From the NCBI GenBank assembly GCA_949358305.1, contig OX442314.1, forward strand, positions 5,890,001 to 5,954,000: a stretch of DNA of 64,000 bases. The letters run 5' to 3'. The notes below the pieces were generated by a model. It was not told the origin of the DNA. It did no database searches and saw only the letters and a program-made list of their open reading frames with translations. The DNA is from Strigamia acuminata. Lineage: Eukaryota. The position numbers and the translations under genes were made by a program. Of the stretch, positions 48,127-62,241 are shown piece by piece (position 1 is the stretch's first letter; each line of letters opens with the position of its first letter).

Positions 48127-51100
48127 TCAATAAAATTTGATTGATTTTTGGTTTCGAAACAAATCGTAACTGTTTTTAATCCACATGTAAAAAGACAGCA
48201 ATGACATTCCCAAAGCTAATCCTACAATGCTGCCGATATCGCTTAATAATTTTGACATCGGATACGCCTGTTTCTCTTCTATAGTCTCTACGAAACTATC
48301 AGCAAATCCCAACTGTAGAGCAGTGAAGGTAGCACCCGATCTTATGTTATAAAAAGATGTTCGGTAAAATATTTTTGTGCAAGGCTCTTTACATTTGCAT
48401 CTTTTTTTATTTGAATTATAATTGTTCAAATACATAAAATGCGCATTAGTAATGTCTTCCGTCTTATTGCAAACTGACAAATTAGAAGTTGACATATATG
48501 GCAATCTTAAAAAGAAATAGACGATAATAACAACTTTTCTATAATGTATTAAAGAAGGAATTCCATTTGTTTTATCCCCCAAAAGAAGAGCTACACATAC
48601 GTGCAATTAATCCTTTGATATAAATTGTTCTGCACGCAAGCATTCTTGCACTTTGAATAAGCGGTTTTGCTTCTTTCACAGGGATTACGCTTTGTATTTC
48701 TTCCTACAGTCTATTTCATGAAATTAAGTCAAAACACATACTTTAATCACCTTGTTTGTTACCTTAAATGTGTGAAGCGTTACTGAATTCCAAAATCCAT
48801 ACTTTATCATCAATGGTTCCAAAATGTTAACCTCTTCAGGATTGCTCAGATAAAACTTAAAAGTATTGTAATTGAAAATATTTTTGCTCAAATTTACAAA
48901 GTTTCTGACTACTATTAAAAGTAACTTTCCCAACCCATCAACGATCCTATGTTACTAATTCCCTCTAGTGTTAATCTTTTAAATAAAATTACACGTGTAG
49001 AATTCCTGGTTTACATGGATTTATCATACCCATAGATGCTGGTTACATTCTTCTGGTTCTGGAGGATAAAGCCCGTGGAATAGAATGACAATTTTAGCTG
49101 TTAAGCGGCTTGATTCATCTACAAAATTAAAAGACATTAGTCCATACAAACCAAACTGCTTAAATTTGTTTGTTTTCCTGTTCACTGCTACAAAACCAAT
49201 TTTAAGTGATAACGAAAGGTTAGGATATGATTTAATGGCCCCCCAGAAATATCAGTTTTTCCCCCCGAATAAAACTAGTTTTTCCCCAAAATAAAACTAA
49301 ACCAAAAAACCTGCTCCTCCCCCCAAAAAAACCTCTTTTGCCCCCCGAAAATGCTGATTTTTCCCCCGAAAAAAAAAACAGAAAAAAATCATTTAACCCC
49401 CAAAATAAACCTCAGAAGAATAAATTATTGGGCCATCAGTGCCTTTTTTGCCTTAAACGGCCTGCCACGTTTTCTTTTTTGACCTAGAGGGACATTTTTT
49501 TCCTCAAGTGGAACAGAGTATACTAGTATGTCGTAGCTTCTCACCAATCGCTACACCTAAAATGTGTTTACACATGTAGGTCTTAAAGAAAATACTTCAG
49601 GAATTGAACAGACCTGAAGTACGAAACCATTATATATTTATTGTAAGCGTTCAATTAACACTCATTTATCAGATAATTCTTGCTAATAAGCCATTCATGT
49701 TTAGAGAAACAAGCTTTATAGACGACACTTTGATGCTTACAGAGTTCTTATTTGGGTGCACACGTGTGACCGATTCTCGGGCACAGCAAATAATACCCGC
49801 ATGGCCCAGTCCAACTCTACCTCGCCAGGTGGAGTTGACGATTGAGGAGTAGTGACCCCGATAACGTCACATCCAATCACTAATCCTACAACCAATGAGA
49901 AAAGGTACTCACGTACCCATGGTGCAAGAGTGGATTATAAAAGAGCCAACATCCTGTTGGGGCCCTGACTTACTTAGGAACAGCTCTGGTTAACACCTGG
50001 CTATTCTCCACTCTTGTTCACCATGGTGATACTTATGGACTTGGCTGGTCTGCCAGTCCCAGTAACGTAAGCGATCTACCGATCTATGGGTCGAATGAAC
50101 AACTGTCTGACCACGCTACATAACCAGTTAACCCTAACCACATGTGCCACATGTGATCACAGGTCTGCTGCAGCAATGCAGCGCTAGCACTACGAGAGGC
50201 ATTGTGAAATGTGTAGTAAAAAGAGACGTTTTCGAGTGGAGTGAAAAGAAAGTGAAAAAGCAACTTTACTTGTCAAATGTTTGCGAACAAGTGCGAGTTT
50301 TACAACAAGTGCACGTTACCAATACAGATTGGTAGCCGTAGCAACAGAAACGACAATTGCGCGTAAAATCTAATTATTACAATACAACAAATCCTCCATT
50401 AGATTATACTCGCTTGTCATGACAAAAAATGAATGTAACTTAATAACTAACATAACATTTGAAAAACGAAATACAATAAAATCTTCAATCGTCTTTCAAT
50501 TTTTCTTCATCTTTTTCTCTGGCTCTGCATTTTCTCTCAGCCCGACTTCATTGCAACTCATCATCATCTTTTCTGCCGGGACGGCCTTCGTGAGGAAATC
50601 TGCAGGTAATACGTTCGAGGGCATGTGGACCAGGTGGATGTTACCTAAATAAGCGTCTTGACGGACAAACATTAAATGACGATTTATGTGTTTCGTCCTG
50701 CCGAATTGATTTGCGCCAATCACCACGTCCATTGCTCCCGTACTGTCTGTGTAGATGGGAATGCTTTTTGGAATAAGCGCTCCCTGTCCTAATCCGTGCA
50801 GCATACTCCGGACCCACTTCAACCCTTTGAGGAGTTCGCATATTGCGAGAATCTCGCTTTCGCACGAGGACATGGCTATCAGCTGTTGTTTTTTCGTCTT
50901 TCAGTATATCGGGGCGTTCCCCAACTTGATTAAGACGCCTGAAAACGATCGTGCTGTTTTCGTGGAGCACCAGCTCGCGTCCGAGTAGCCGGTGACGCTT
51001 CCGCTTGTCGAGGGAAGAAACAACTTGAAGTCTCGCGTCCGTCTCACGTAACTCAATACGCGCTTCAGCGCACGAAAGTGGATTTCCCGCGGGTCCCTTG

Positions 51101-54100
51101 AATATGACGAGAGTTTGCTTACAGCAAACGAAAGGTCTGGTCTCGTGATGACCATCAGGTGCATGATGGATCCCAAAATCCGCTGGTAAGCTCGTTGATC
51201 AACGTTGTATGAATCCCCGAACACGTCAAGATCTTGACCCACCACCATTGGTGTGCAGGCCTTTGCACGACCGTGCAGGTCGAATGTGTCCAGAATTTCG
51301 TCCACGTATTTCTGCTGACCAATCCAAATGCCTTGCTCCGTGATTTGTATCTCGATTCCGAGCAAATAATGGACTTCGCCTAATTCGACGAGATCAAAGA
51401 CCTTTTTCAGTTCCACCAACAGCCATTCCATAATCTTTTCGTCCGAGAAGGCGGCTAGCATGTCGTCCACGTACACCGCGAGGATCAGAATTCCATCTCG
51501 TTCCACGTAAACATAGACGCACGCATCGTCTGCAGTTGGTTGAAGTCCTAGTCTTGTGAGCTCGTCATCCAGGCGCTTATTCCAGCAGCGCCCGGATTGG
51601 CGCAATCCATAAAGGCTTCTTTCAAGCAGGCAAACTTCTTGGTCACTCTGCGAGAATCCCTCTGGTTGATCCATGAAAATTTCGACATCTAAATCTCCGT
51701 GGAGATAAGCTGTCTTGACGTCAAACTGTTTGGTTTTTAATCGCAAGGTCGCCACCAAAAACAAAATTATGCGTAACGACTCGGTGCGGACTACTGGCGA
51801 GAATGTCTCGTTAAAGTCGATGCCAGGGCGCTGGGCATAGCCGACTGCCACAAGTCGCGCCTTGTATTTGCTGATGGACCTGTCGACATTTAATTTAATC
51901 CGGTAGATCCATTTACTGCGAATCGTGCGCATCTCCGGCCGTCGCTTGACCAGTCGCCAAACCTGGTTGACTTGAAGAGAGTCAATTTCGCTCTTCATGG
52001 CGTCGATCCATTTTTCGCGATCAGGACAGCTGATTGCCTCCCCATACGTCTCTGGCGTGTACAACTCGCGCGTGTCTTCTTCTGCGATATTCGCCATCTC
52101 GACGCGCCCTGCCACACGTTCAGAACGACGCACGCCCGACGCAACCAATTGTTGCTCGCGTTCGCGTCTTTCATCTTCGCGACGCAAAGCGACGGCTTCG
52201 GCAGTCGCACCTCGGGGTCGTCCTGCAGCTCGCTCCACTTCTGCAACATCTGGCAATGCTTGTGGTTCTACCACCGGATCCCCGTCTTGCTCCTCCTCCT
52301 CGCGAGCAGGCGGATCCGCTCGAACATCGACCGGTTCGTCTAACTCACGAAGTATTTCTTCCTGGTGTCCGTCCGAACCACGAGCGTTGAGAATCTTTGC
52401 CCCGTTTGACGCTTCATCAAAAACGACTGAGCGTGCTTCCACAACGTCTCCAAACTCAGGGACAAAAATCCTGTAAGCCTTTCGCGTGGCAGAGTAGCCA
52501 ATGAAAACGCCTTGTCGCGCCTTCACGTCAAGCTTGCGTCGCTGACTGTCTGGAATGTGTAGCCACGCTACGCAGCCAAAGACACGAAGAAAAGTGACGG
52601 TGGGCTTCCGCCCCGTCCAAATCTCTTCAGGAACTAATTGACCGTTGGGTTTAGTGGTCGTCCGATTTTTGACGAATGCAGCTGTCGCCAACGCTTCTGC
52701 CCAGAAACGTAAAGGCAGCTTCGAATGTGCCAACAATGTTCTTGCCGTTTCGACCAACGTCCGGTTGGAGCGTTCGGCGATTCCGTTACTGGCCGGATTA
52801 AATGGGACTGTGAGCTCGTGGTCAATCCCATTTGCTTCACAAAAAATGGCAAATTCTCTGCTGGTGAACTCGCCTCCATTGTCCGTGCGTAGTCTGCAAA
52901 TCGTGTTGCCTGTTTGTTTTTCCATCATCAATTTAAATGTTTGGAAAAATCCCAATGTTTGCGATTTCTCCTTCAAGAAATAGACGAATTTCTTCCTGGA
53001 GAAGTCATCCGTCAAAACAAACGCGTATCTCGAACCCGACAACGACGGAACTTGAAATGGTCCCACCAGGTCAGCGTGTATTAATTCTAAAATTTTCTGT
53101 GATTGCTTGCCTGTTATTCGTTTGTGTGGCGCTCTCGTCAGCTTCCCCTCAATGCACGAACTGCATTTGGACAGTTTTTCATCACCGAATTTTATTCCGT
53201 GAACTGCTTCGCGCGCACGCATCTGGTCAAGCGTTTCCTCGTTTAGATGACAGAGTCGTTTGTGCCACAACTCCTTTCCAGTCGTCGTTGACGTTTCTTG
53301 TGCCATGGCGACCGTTTGTTCCTTTTTATTTTCCAAAAAGAACATGTCACCACTCTTCTTGCCTTGTGCCACGAGTCGGCCATTGGGGTCAAGCACGTCA
53401 ACAATTTGGTCGTTAAATACCACCTTGCATTTCTTGGCGGTTAGCTTGGGAATGGAGAGTAGATTTCCTTTCAGCTCCGGAACATATAAAACTTGCAAAA
53501 GCGTTATTTTCTTCACTGTCTCGTCCGGTAAGCGACATTCGATTATAATGTCTCCTCTCCCTTTGGCCATCAACTCCGTGCCTTTCTTCGCCGTCGTGAC
53601 CGTGGCTTCAAATTCTTCCATGTCTGCAAACCATTCGCGGCGGCACGACATGTGCGATGAAGCGCCGGAGTCCAGAATCCACTTGGATCTCGTTGAAAGA
53701 TCGTCTCCCAAATCGACAACGAACGCATGGTGAACGGGCGTTGTGTACGTTTCGTCCTCGAGAACAGCTACGTACGCGTGTTGCGGCGACTCCACCTGTG
53801 CGATTTTTGCCGCTTCCTTCTGCTGCTTGGGTCGTTTCTCGGGGAATCGCACCCAGCAATCCTTGGCTATGTGGCCCGCCTTGCCGCATTCAAAACATGT
53901 TCGTTTATTCCCGTCCTTCGGTTTCTTTCCACCTGAGTTTCTGCCCGCCTGCGCTTTGAGCGCGATTGAACTTGGCACGCTGGTGTTATCGTTCATTGCA
54001 GGTCCCCACTGCTCCTCCGTGAGGAGTCCAGCTCGCAAATCCTCGATTTTTGCATCCAATTTTGAACGATAGTCGCGCCCTGTGGCGTGGTATTTCGGCA

Positions 54101-57100
54101 AAAGTCCCTTAGTGGCGTATAAAATTACCTCTCGATCTGGTATGTCGCGTCCCACGGCCTTTGCCTTGGCCTGGATGGACCTCGCTCGATTTACGTATTG
54201 GTCCACTGACTCGTCTGTACGCATTTTGAGTGTGGTCAGTCGGGCGGCCGCATCAACTTGTTTTTCGACGGTCAACGCGGCGTGTTGGGTTTTCAAATGT
54301 TCCCACATTTCTTTAGCATTCGTCATGCTCATGCACGTCGTCGCTTCCTCGTCCGAAATCGTTAATGCGAGAATTCCTACCGCTTCGCTGTTGTTCTTTG
54401 CCCACGCCTTATGAATTTTGTCCTTGTCATCAAAATCTGCCGCTCCTACAACCGGTTTTTCCGGCTCCGCATCCGTTAATGCACTGGTCAGACCTTTCGC
54501 CTCCAGTAGTGCACCAACCTTGAACCTCCAGACAAAATAATTTCGAACACTGAGCAGTTCTATTCTGTTCAGCGAGCCTGCTGAAATCGCGTCGGCCATT
54601 TTCGAACGTTTCGCGCACGTTTCGATCGTTCTTCGTTCTTTGTTCTTCGTTCTTCTCTTCCTTCTTTATAACTTCGATTTCTTCAAAGTTATATCACAAA
54701 CGTCTTCCTTTTTGACCGTGAATCGTGTCCAAACCCGACTCTGCTACCAAATGTGAAATGTGTAGTAAAAAGAGACGTTTTCGAGTGGAGTGAAAAGAAA
54801 GTGAAAAAACAACTTTACTTGTCAAATGTTTGCGAACAAGTGCGAGTTTTACAACAAGTGCACGTTACCAATACAGATTGGTAGCCGTAGCAACAGAAAC
54901 GACAATTGCGCCTAAAATCTAATTATTACAATACAACAGGCATGAGATTCTGACCCCTAGGATAGAATAAAGGTCATAAACCATTAATACAGTCTCTTGT
55001 GTTCACTTCTATCTAAAGTGTCGTGCATCTGACGCTGTTTAGGCATGCTCGAATGGCATCTGTCCACTCTCACACAAGAATTAAATCTAGAAGGACCGAA
55101 GCAAAAATACTTAAGTGTACTTTTTGAAATTATCAAACGTGGTACTGCTGTTGAGGCAACATTTGACCAAACGGATTTGACAACATGCACCTCTAGCTGC
55201 TTGCTAGTAAAAACTTGGAAGTACTATAGGAAGTACTAAGTAGAAGAGCTTTCGATTAAATTGGGAGTTTTGATGACATTTCAAAGAGACGAAACAAAGT
55301 TATTGTAAAATATTCCATAATCGGTACCTGCATTTATTTGTGAACAATGGCCAAACGGAAGTGGAATGAGATTTTTTGTGATGTCTAGTGATGCTTTATA
55401 TCCAGTAACTTGCTAGAAATTTAAAATAAATTATATAATTATTGTCGAGAATGTTTTAATACTATTACTCGAATTGAATCATCTTTGATGTTGATTGCTT
55501 CGTGCACATGAAGTGATTTCCATATATCTTCCAATGACAATTTCTCATTGAACAATTGCCAGGGCGATGTGTGTTTGCAGGTTTTGTTTTTCTTTAATCT
55601 AGCTTGTTTCATCTCTTCAGTGAAATTTTCACCACAAACAGTGAAAGAAGGAAATTTGATAGTCTGCCGTTGAACTATACTAATGACTTTAGTTGCAGGG
55701 TCACCAATGTAGTGGTTTAAACACATTTGCAACAAATATAAAGTAAATCCTGTGCTAACTATTACCAGTATTAACTTTAGCTTTGCAAAGAGTCCATTTG
55801 GTATAATTTGCTGATTACTAGAAATTGCTTTCCTTTTTAACATTTCATAAATGTGATGAATTTTAATAATTTTATTAACCGGTCTCTTTTTGATAAAATT
55901 TAATAGAATGCAATATAAATACCAAAGTGTTTCGGTTAATGAAAGTATGGATAGACCAAGAAATAGGCCCAGATTGCCTCCTAAATCGGAGAGTAAAGCA
56001 ATAATATCATAAGTGTACCGTTCTTCATACACACTGATTTTCCCATCAGTTATAGCTAAAGATGTAGAAATAATACTGTCATTAACTGCTTGCTCTGTAT
56101 CAATGAACGCTTGAATAACCAGTTGTTGACATGGACGATGACATGAACAACTAGCAACCGAATTGATGGTTTCAACCAATTTATTAGCAATACCGTATTG
56201 CTTGTGAGTGTCAATTGAACTTCTGCAAAGTGGCAAATTTATCTTCTTATCAATAAATGGAAATCTTAAAACAAATACAGAATAAAATGTTGTTGATTAG
56301 ACTAAGAATAAATGCATACATATAGAAATTATTATTTTGCATAAATAACCAAAATTGACATAAAATGCATTAACTGTGGAAATTCGTAAAATAAATACTA
56401 GTACATACACAGTATTGCCATTTTGCCACCATAAAAAAGCTCAGTTATTGAATTTTAAGCCAAGAAAGAAATCAAAATTTTGAATCTTAGACCCATGAAA
56501 ACCAAATTTGGAATTTTATGACCATGAAATCCAAATTTTGAATGTTTCACCAAAAACATCACAAAATTTTGATCATACAAAAACAATATAAAATTTAAAA
56601 TTTAAAAATTATACCATAAATTTTATAAAATGGGGAATTTTATGTCTAATAGTTCAGTTTTAATGTCTAATAGTTAAAAAAAAACCTCCGAAGACGGGGT
56701 ATCTCGCTAAAGCGGGAACTTTCTGCTGGATCCGCCTCTTTGGCCCTCAATAATTCTTAAGCTTATTGAGACAAGCACAATCACACATTGATTCCCGTCA
56801 CCCAAACGTTGCTACAAGCTACACCTTGAGCATGGTGGTGCTGTTGTCTTTGGACAAATAAGTCAGCTCCACCCTGTCCTGTTTACCTGGATCTGTGTAA
56901 CCTCATTAAGTGTTGTGTGTGGCCCGTAATGTCCCTGCTTTTCCGAGGGGGGGAGACGGGACCGCTGGGCCACCCAAAGCTGACCAACGTCACTGCCACA
57001 CACCGCCCGGTGGACCTAAGGTCATCCCTCCTTTGCAGAGTGGTATGATCTAGTAAGGGAAGAGAAGAGAATAGGGGGCAGAGAGTAGGAGAGAGGACAG

Positions 57101-59156
57101 AGGAGAGTGCTTGGTCTCATCTGAGACAGGTGCACATCTGAAGAAGGTCCTGAACCAACAAGAACTATCGTGCTCCGTGCTGACTCTGCTCTTTTCCCCA
57201 TTCACCACTGTGACGCTCAGTACTTACCTAGGTAAGTACGACAGAATGATAATGTTTCCCTGACCACGTCATACATAGGGGGGTTCTCGCCCTGTGTGTG
57301 ACGGGTCAGTTGCCGGTGTGACGTGGTTTCATGGCATCGACAACACGCAGGTGATGGGGGTCTCCAACCCCTAGAGTAACGATTAAAGGGACAAAACCAA
57401 CAATCTGGAGTCTCTTGTCATTATTACGTGAGTATGCATCCCAAATCATGGTAACCAGTCCCCAGGATGCCATTGCGAAGATCATACCAGTCACAGAAAC
57501 CAGCATAATCATACATCTTACCTGCAGGTTAAATTTTCCTTCAATTTCTGTAACAGGCAACTATTATGGCATTCTCTGTATTCACTTTCACTGGAGCATA
57601 AATCCGAAGATGTATTGAGAAATATGTACTGAAATTTAAAATTAAATAAACACTGGAATGATTTAAATTTCTGAGTTTCAAACTGTACTTTGCTGTAACT
57701 CAAACTAAATTTTGTTTTAATCTTAAGATTTGTTCGAGAGATAAAAGTAATTTGTTTTCCAAAATCATTGGGTGACAGCACTAACTAAATATAGAAAAAA
57801 AGTAATAAGAATTAGGTTTCTTTTGTTATGATATTCAAGTTATGAACATTACTTGGTAAGAAGCTACAGGGCAAACTTGATTATTAGATTTTTCAATATC
57901 CACTGTCAGTGATTTTCCAACAAACGAGCTAATCGAATTCTTATCTGACCAAATAAAAATTTTATTTGCCACTTACTATTCACTATTAATAACAGCAATC
58001 GGAACAATTATTCTTTACAGGCCACAAAAACGAAAGCAGAAATCAGGAAATTAACGATCAGATATTCTACTTTCAATTGCCCTCATATAGCCCATTATTT
58101 AAATTTTTTAATTGCATTGTTATAGCTGTCAGCATTGTTGTGCACGTGCTTTTTCTTTTCATATTCAAGGAGGGGTTCTGCCCCCCTGATCCACGGCCCC
58201 CGCCTTTCCCCGACCCCCCTGCCCGCTAACTAGGGTTTCTCTGCCAGTATTTACCAGTATTACAAAACCCATTAAAGAAGTGTGTTATTAACTGCTTTAA
58301 GCAGACACATTAACCAGAAAATATATTTTTTTAAATCAGAACGTGAAATATATTAAATATTTTATACAAAAAGTGAAAAAATCATCAGAAAAAAAATATT
58401 TTTTAAAATTTTACTTTTTAAAATAGGAAAATGAATATAAAAGTATCTATTTACCGAAAAATAGCGGTTTACCGGTTTTTTTGAACATTGATTAGGTGGC
58501 CCATAAAGTATAATTATACCCAGCAATTTATTTACGAAATTGAAACGCTGAGCACATTCCTAAAGTGTAGTCAATTTCCTTACGGACAAAACTTTTGTTT
58601 GTAAATCCCTACGAAAAGAAACTATAAATTGCAAAAGAAAACTATGAATATTTCTTTTTACTTTCATGTCCACTCGAACTATTTGTTTGGCCACATTAGT
58701 CGCTTTCCAAAGTTCATCCACGTCATGAGCAGAGATATTCAACAAAGTTTTCACCATGTTTGCGCATTTCAACATTTGGTCTCTAGGGTTTTTAAAGATC
58801 TGATGAGTTTCATTCCAAAGCCGGGCCAATTCGACTGTATTGCTACTACAGATCATCAAGTTTGGTGAAATGACATCTTCTGATTGACTGGTAACATCGA
58901 CTGCCTTAGGATAACTTAAGTAATGCATTACTCTATTGTAAGTCTGATAACTGAGCATGCACGTGCAACATGAGAATAAAAGCAGCCAAAATATGTGGCA
59001 ATTGCGCCAACTAATTCTATTAGTTACAAAATCATCCAAACCAATTAAATTGCATCTCGGCCGATTTTCGTCGTCTTTCATAAATTGATGAATTTTCAAG
59101 CGAAGTTTTCTCAATCCTCGACCATTTTTCCTCATCACGTAAGTATTGCGCATCAT
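48127..59156 (-). CDS. Copy F: two-module DEG/ENaC channel, 11 exons, apparently intact
   Basis: Exon 1 at 59156-58662, small exons ~58609-57522, junction exon ~56266-55468 (SDLGGNLGLFLGLS...FPSFTVC), exons near 55370, 49070, 48810 and 48650, last exon ~48506-48127 (SDIGSIVGLALGMS). No disabling lesion seen. Confidence 0.85.
50203..54938 (-). mobile_element. Full-length Ty1/copia retrotransposon in intron 7 of F
   Basis: 187-bp LTRs 50203-50389 and 54752-54938 (2 mismatches seen), 5-bp TSD GGCAT, PBS TGGTAGCAGAG (tRNA-iMet), polypurine tract next to the left LTR. Confidence 0.96.
50496..54599 (-). CDS. Copia gag-pol (gag, PR, IN, RT, RNase H) with one in-frame stop at 50901-50903
   Basis: CFECGKAGHIAKDC, WILDSGAS, LWHKRLCH, RTDNGGEF, KARLVA, YVDDML, YSDASW. 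ORF 50496-50873 continues in the same frame. Confidence 0.93.
56955..57495. mobile_element. Degenerate LTR (TGTGAC family) in intron 5 of F
   Basis: Homologous to 60566-61148, ends ACCAGTCACA, preceded by polypurine-like GAGGGGGGGA. Confidence 0.65.
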
Positions 59157-60565
59157 TTTTTTAGGTTAAAAATGCCTTAGCTTTGTGGAAAAGAGCCGCT
59201 TGCCGTATGTTTTGTCGCTAAATTCATAATCGACAAGGTTTTTGTTTGCTTCAATAATATTTGTTCCCAAGCAACGCACTACTGCATAGAAAACTCATAA
59301 AATTATCCAAACTGCAGGAATATTGACATAAAATCCCATTGATTCACAAAGTTAAAGTTGTGTTTCAAAAATTTTTTTAACAACGAATTGCACACAAAAA
59401 ACGCAAGAAGTTAACAAAAACTTTAAATTAACGATTTTAAGAGATTATCGGTGATAATAGCAACGGTAAAAATAAGTAATAACCATGTTTGTGCTGTTCC
59501 GAGAATGGTATCACGAACCTTGGATTGCGTTTGAGATCACAATAAAATGTGACTTGCCGTACTTATTTCCATTGGTTTTCGTCGCCATCTTGATTTTCGA
59601 GCTTACGTCTTGATTTTCGTATGGCAAAGACAAGTTTCAGTGATAACTTGACACAAATTGAAGAAGGGACCATTATCTACAATAAAATTAATGGTAAATT
59701 AGTATTTTGTGGACAATCAACAAGCTAAACATCATTCCGACTCACAGTGTACAAGGCCATTATCCTCTCTATCTAAAATATATTAATTTTTATCACCAGA
59801 TGACGCTGCACATTAATATACTAGAAAAAAATGTAAATAATTATTTTTAATTTGGTCGAAAACAGAGTTTAAAAAAACCAATCTCTCCCAAAACCTTGGA
59901 CGTCCAAGCCAAAACGTAAAAAAAAGTGGATACTAATACGCACCGCCATCTGGTGATAAAAATTAATATATTTCAAATAGCCAGGATAATGGCGTCTTGT
60001 AGCCGTGAGACGGAAATGATGTTTAGCTTGTTGATTCTCGCCAAAATACTAATTTATGATTAATTTTATTGTAGCTAATAATTTCTTCTTCAATTCGGAT
60101 TAAGCTACCACAGAAAAATGTGTTTGTCTATCGAAATCAAGACGGCAGCTCAAAAATTATGATGGCTACGAAAAGCAATCGAAATTAGTAAGTTACGTCT
60201 TACGGTTGTAATGAATGATGTCGTACGCAGCCCAACCATCGTGATACAATTCTCGGAACTCCATAAACATGGTATTTTTATTTATGATTTATGATTCTAA
60301 GCGATTGTCACTGATAATCTCCTATAAAATCATGAATAAAGCTTGTAGTTCTCCCTTCGCTGGGACCTGTGTGTAACCACTTTCAGTTATACATTACATT
60401 GAATGGGCCTATTAATGTGTAGTCTAAAAATATAAACTGAGGAAACTACGGTAAATTTCAGGTTTACAAGAATGATTCTTGTTCGTGCAGTTCGAACTGA
60501 CAATTCTGGTGATCAGACTTAATTTTTTTTAACTTTATAATACAAGAGATTTAAAATTTTCATGT

Positions 60566-61148
60566 TGTGACCGTCGGGCCACCTGGGGTGACCTACGTCA
60601 CTGCCACATACCACCATACGGCACAAGATCACCCCCTGATTGGGCAAGGTGATCTAGCCCGGGGGAAGGAGGGAGCTGAGTGGTGTGGGGAGGAGTTGCA
60701 GAGAGAGAGAATGCGGACACCGACCAGGACGGTCGTGTGTTGAGAGAGTCTGAGGTGCTGTAGTATCGTGGGGACAAGACGTGTCCCGGCTGTGAGGACT
60801 CTGCACTCCTTCCCATTCACCACAGAGACGCTCAGTGTCATGGTGTCGGCCATGATGCAGCGTCCATGAGTGGCTACTGTGGGTCGTAGGTAAGTACGAC
60901 ATGAATGTAACGTTGAACCGACCACGTCACCCATTGGGCTCCTGCCTAGTGTGTGACGGGTCGGTTGCCGGTGCGGCGTGCCTTCGTGGCACCCCTGCAA
61001 CGGGTAACGGGATTCCCCATACCCCTAGACAACGCAATAAAGGCCAACCAACCAATATTGTGGGAGTTTCCGTTATTTACGTGAGTATGCGTCCCAAACT
61101 AGTGTTTGCAGTCCCCTGTTTGCACTAGGCAAGACCATAGCAGTCACA
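60566..61148. mobile_element. Solo LTR (583 bp) upstream of G
   Basis: TGTGAC...GTCACA, 4-bp TSD ATGT. Empty site in the paralogous region at ~24685. Confidence 0.88.
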
Positions 61149-62241
61149 ATGTGTAGATTGCTACATTCATGTAAAGCTTTGGTTGCCAGTCTGAGAAGTC
61201 ACCTTCAAGAACCAAAGGTATAAGTTGAAGCCAGCAAGGGTGACCTAGCCCTCGCCACTCAAGAACCCAACCATGTTATTCGTTTCCATTGAAATATTTT
61301 GCAAATTTTATCTCAAAGTTCTAGACGAAAAACTTTTTTGTCATCTCATGACAGAATTGTTTGGACTTGTTCTTACATGGATTTCCATACATAAGCTTTA
61401 AGGTGGAAATACAAGGGAGCGGATAAAAGTCCAAAGCTTGCTAGTACAAGTTTAAAGAGGGAGTCATTTACAAGTTCACTTGACTCGCTTTTGGCATACC
61501 AGCTTGAATGGCAAACTCAAGCTAGCTAGGTAGCTAGCCAGAAATTCCCGCCAAAATCTCCTCCAAGAATTTCCTCACTAGTCTGATTGGCTGTCAAAGT
61601 CACATGACCAAAACACCAGCAAGCTTGAAGCTGGTAAACCGAATGCGATTTGATCGTACCGGATGAATACAAGCTTTGAATAAAAACGTAAACTTGTGTT
61701 TGCTCAGGTGGGCGAGTTTTTAGCCGCTTTTTCAAGTAAAAGCAAGTTTTAAAATTTTACTCGCTTCTTTGTCTTTCCATCTCATGAGGGAGAGACATGC
61801 AAGTTTTTATTAGAATCTGACACTTTCCTTCTACTTACTAAATCAATGGAATTTTACAGTATATCAATATTTCTGCTGCTTGGATAATTTTAATTTTACG
61901 AGTTTTACACGTGTTACTAGGGAATAAAAACTTGGATCAATTTTGAATTCCACGAGAAACGAACAACATAGTTACCTTGATTACTGACAGATACAACACC
62001 AAACAAACAAGCTCTGTATTTGAGAGGACCATAGAGTTTTAAAAAAAAGCATTTTCTTCAAACATCTTGCGGTAAGTAGCACTGTCGATGGCAAATATTA
62101 GAATTTTGCAGTTTTTATTTGAACTTTTGCACCATTTTGCCATTAGAAACATCGGCATTTACTTCGATAATTTATTAAGACGTCAATTGTGCTACAAGAG
62201 TCTGAACTCATCTCTGGTCTGACTCAATTATCAGAATTATA

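Noticed and set aside
49765..50197. Possible older LTR hosting the copia insertion
   Set aside because: TGTGAC start and promoter-like motifs are present, but the right end and TSD could not be resolved.
51972..54414. Plus-strand ORFs within the copia (similar ones lie opposite the gypsy, BEL and SAP-like ORFs)
   Set aside because: Antisense shadows of GC-richer coding sequence with no recognisable motifs.
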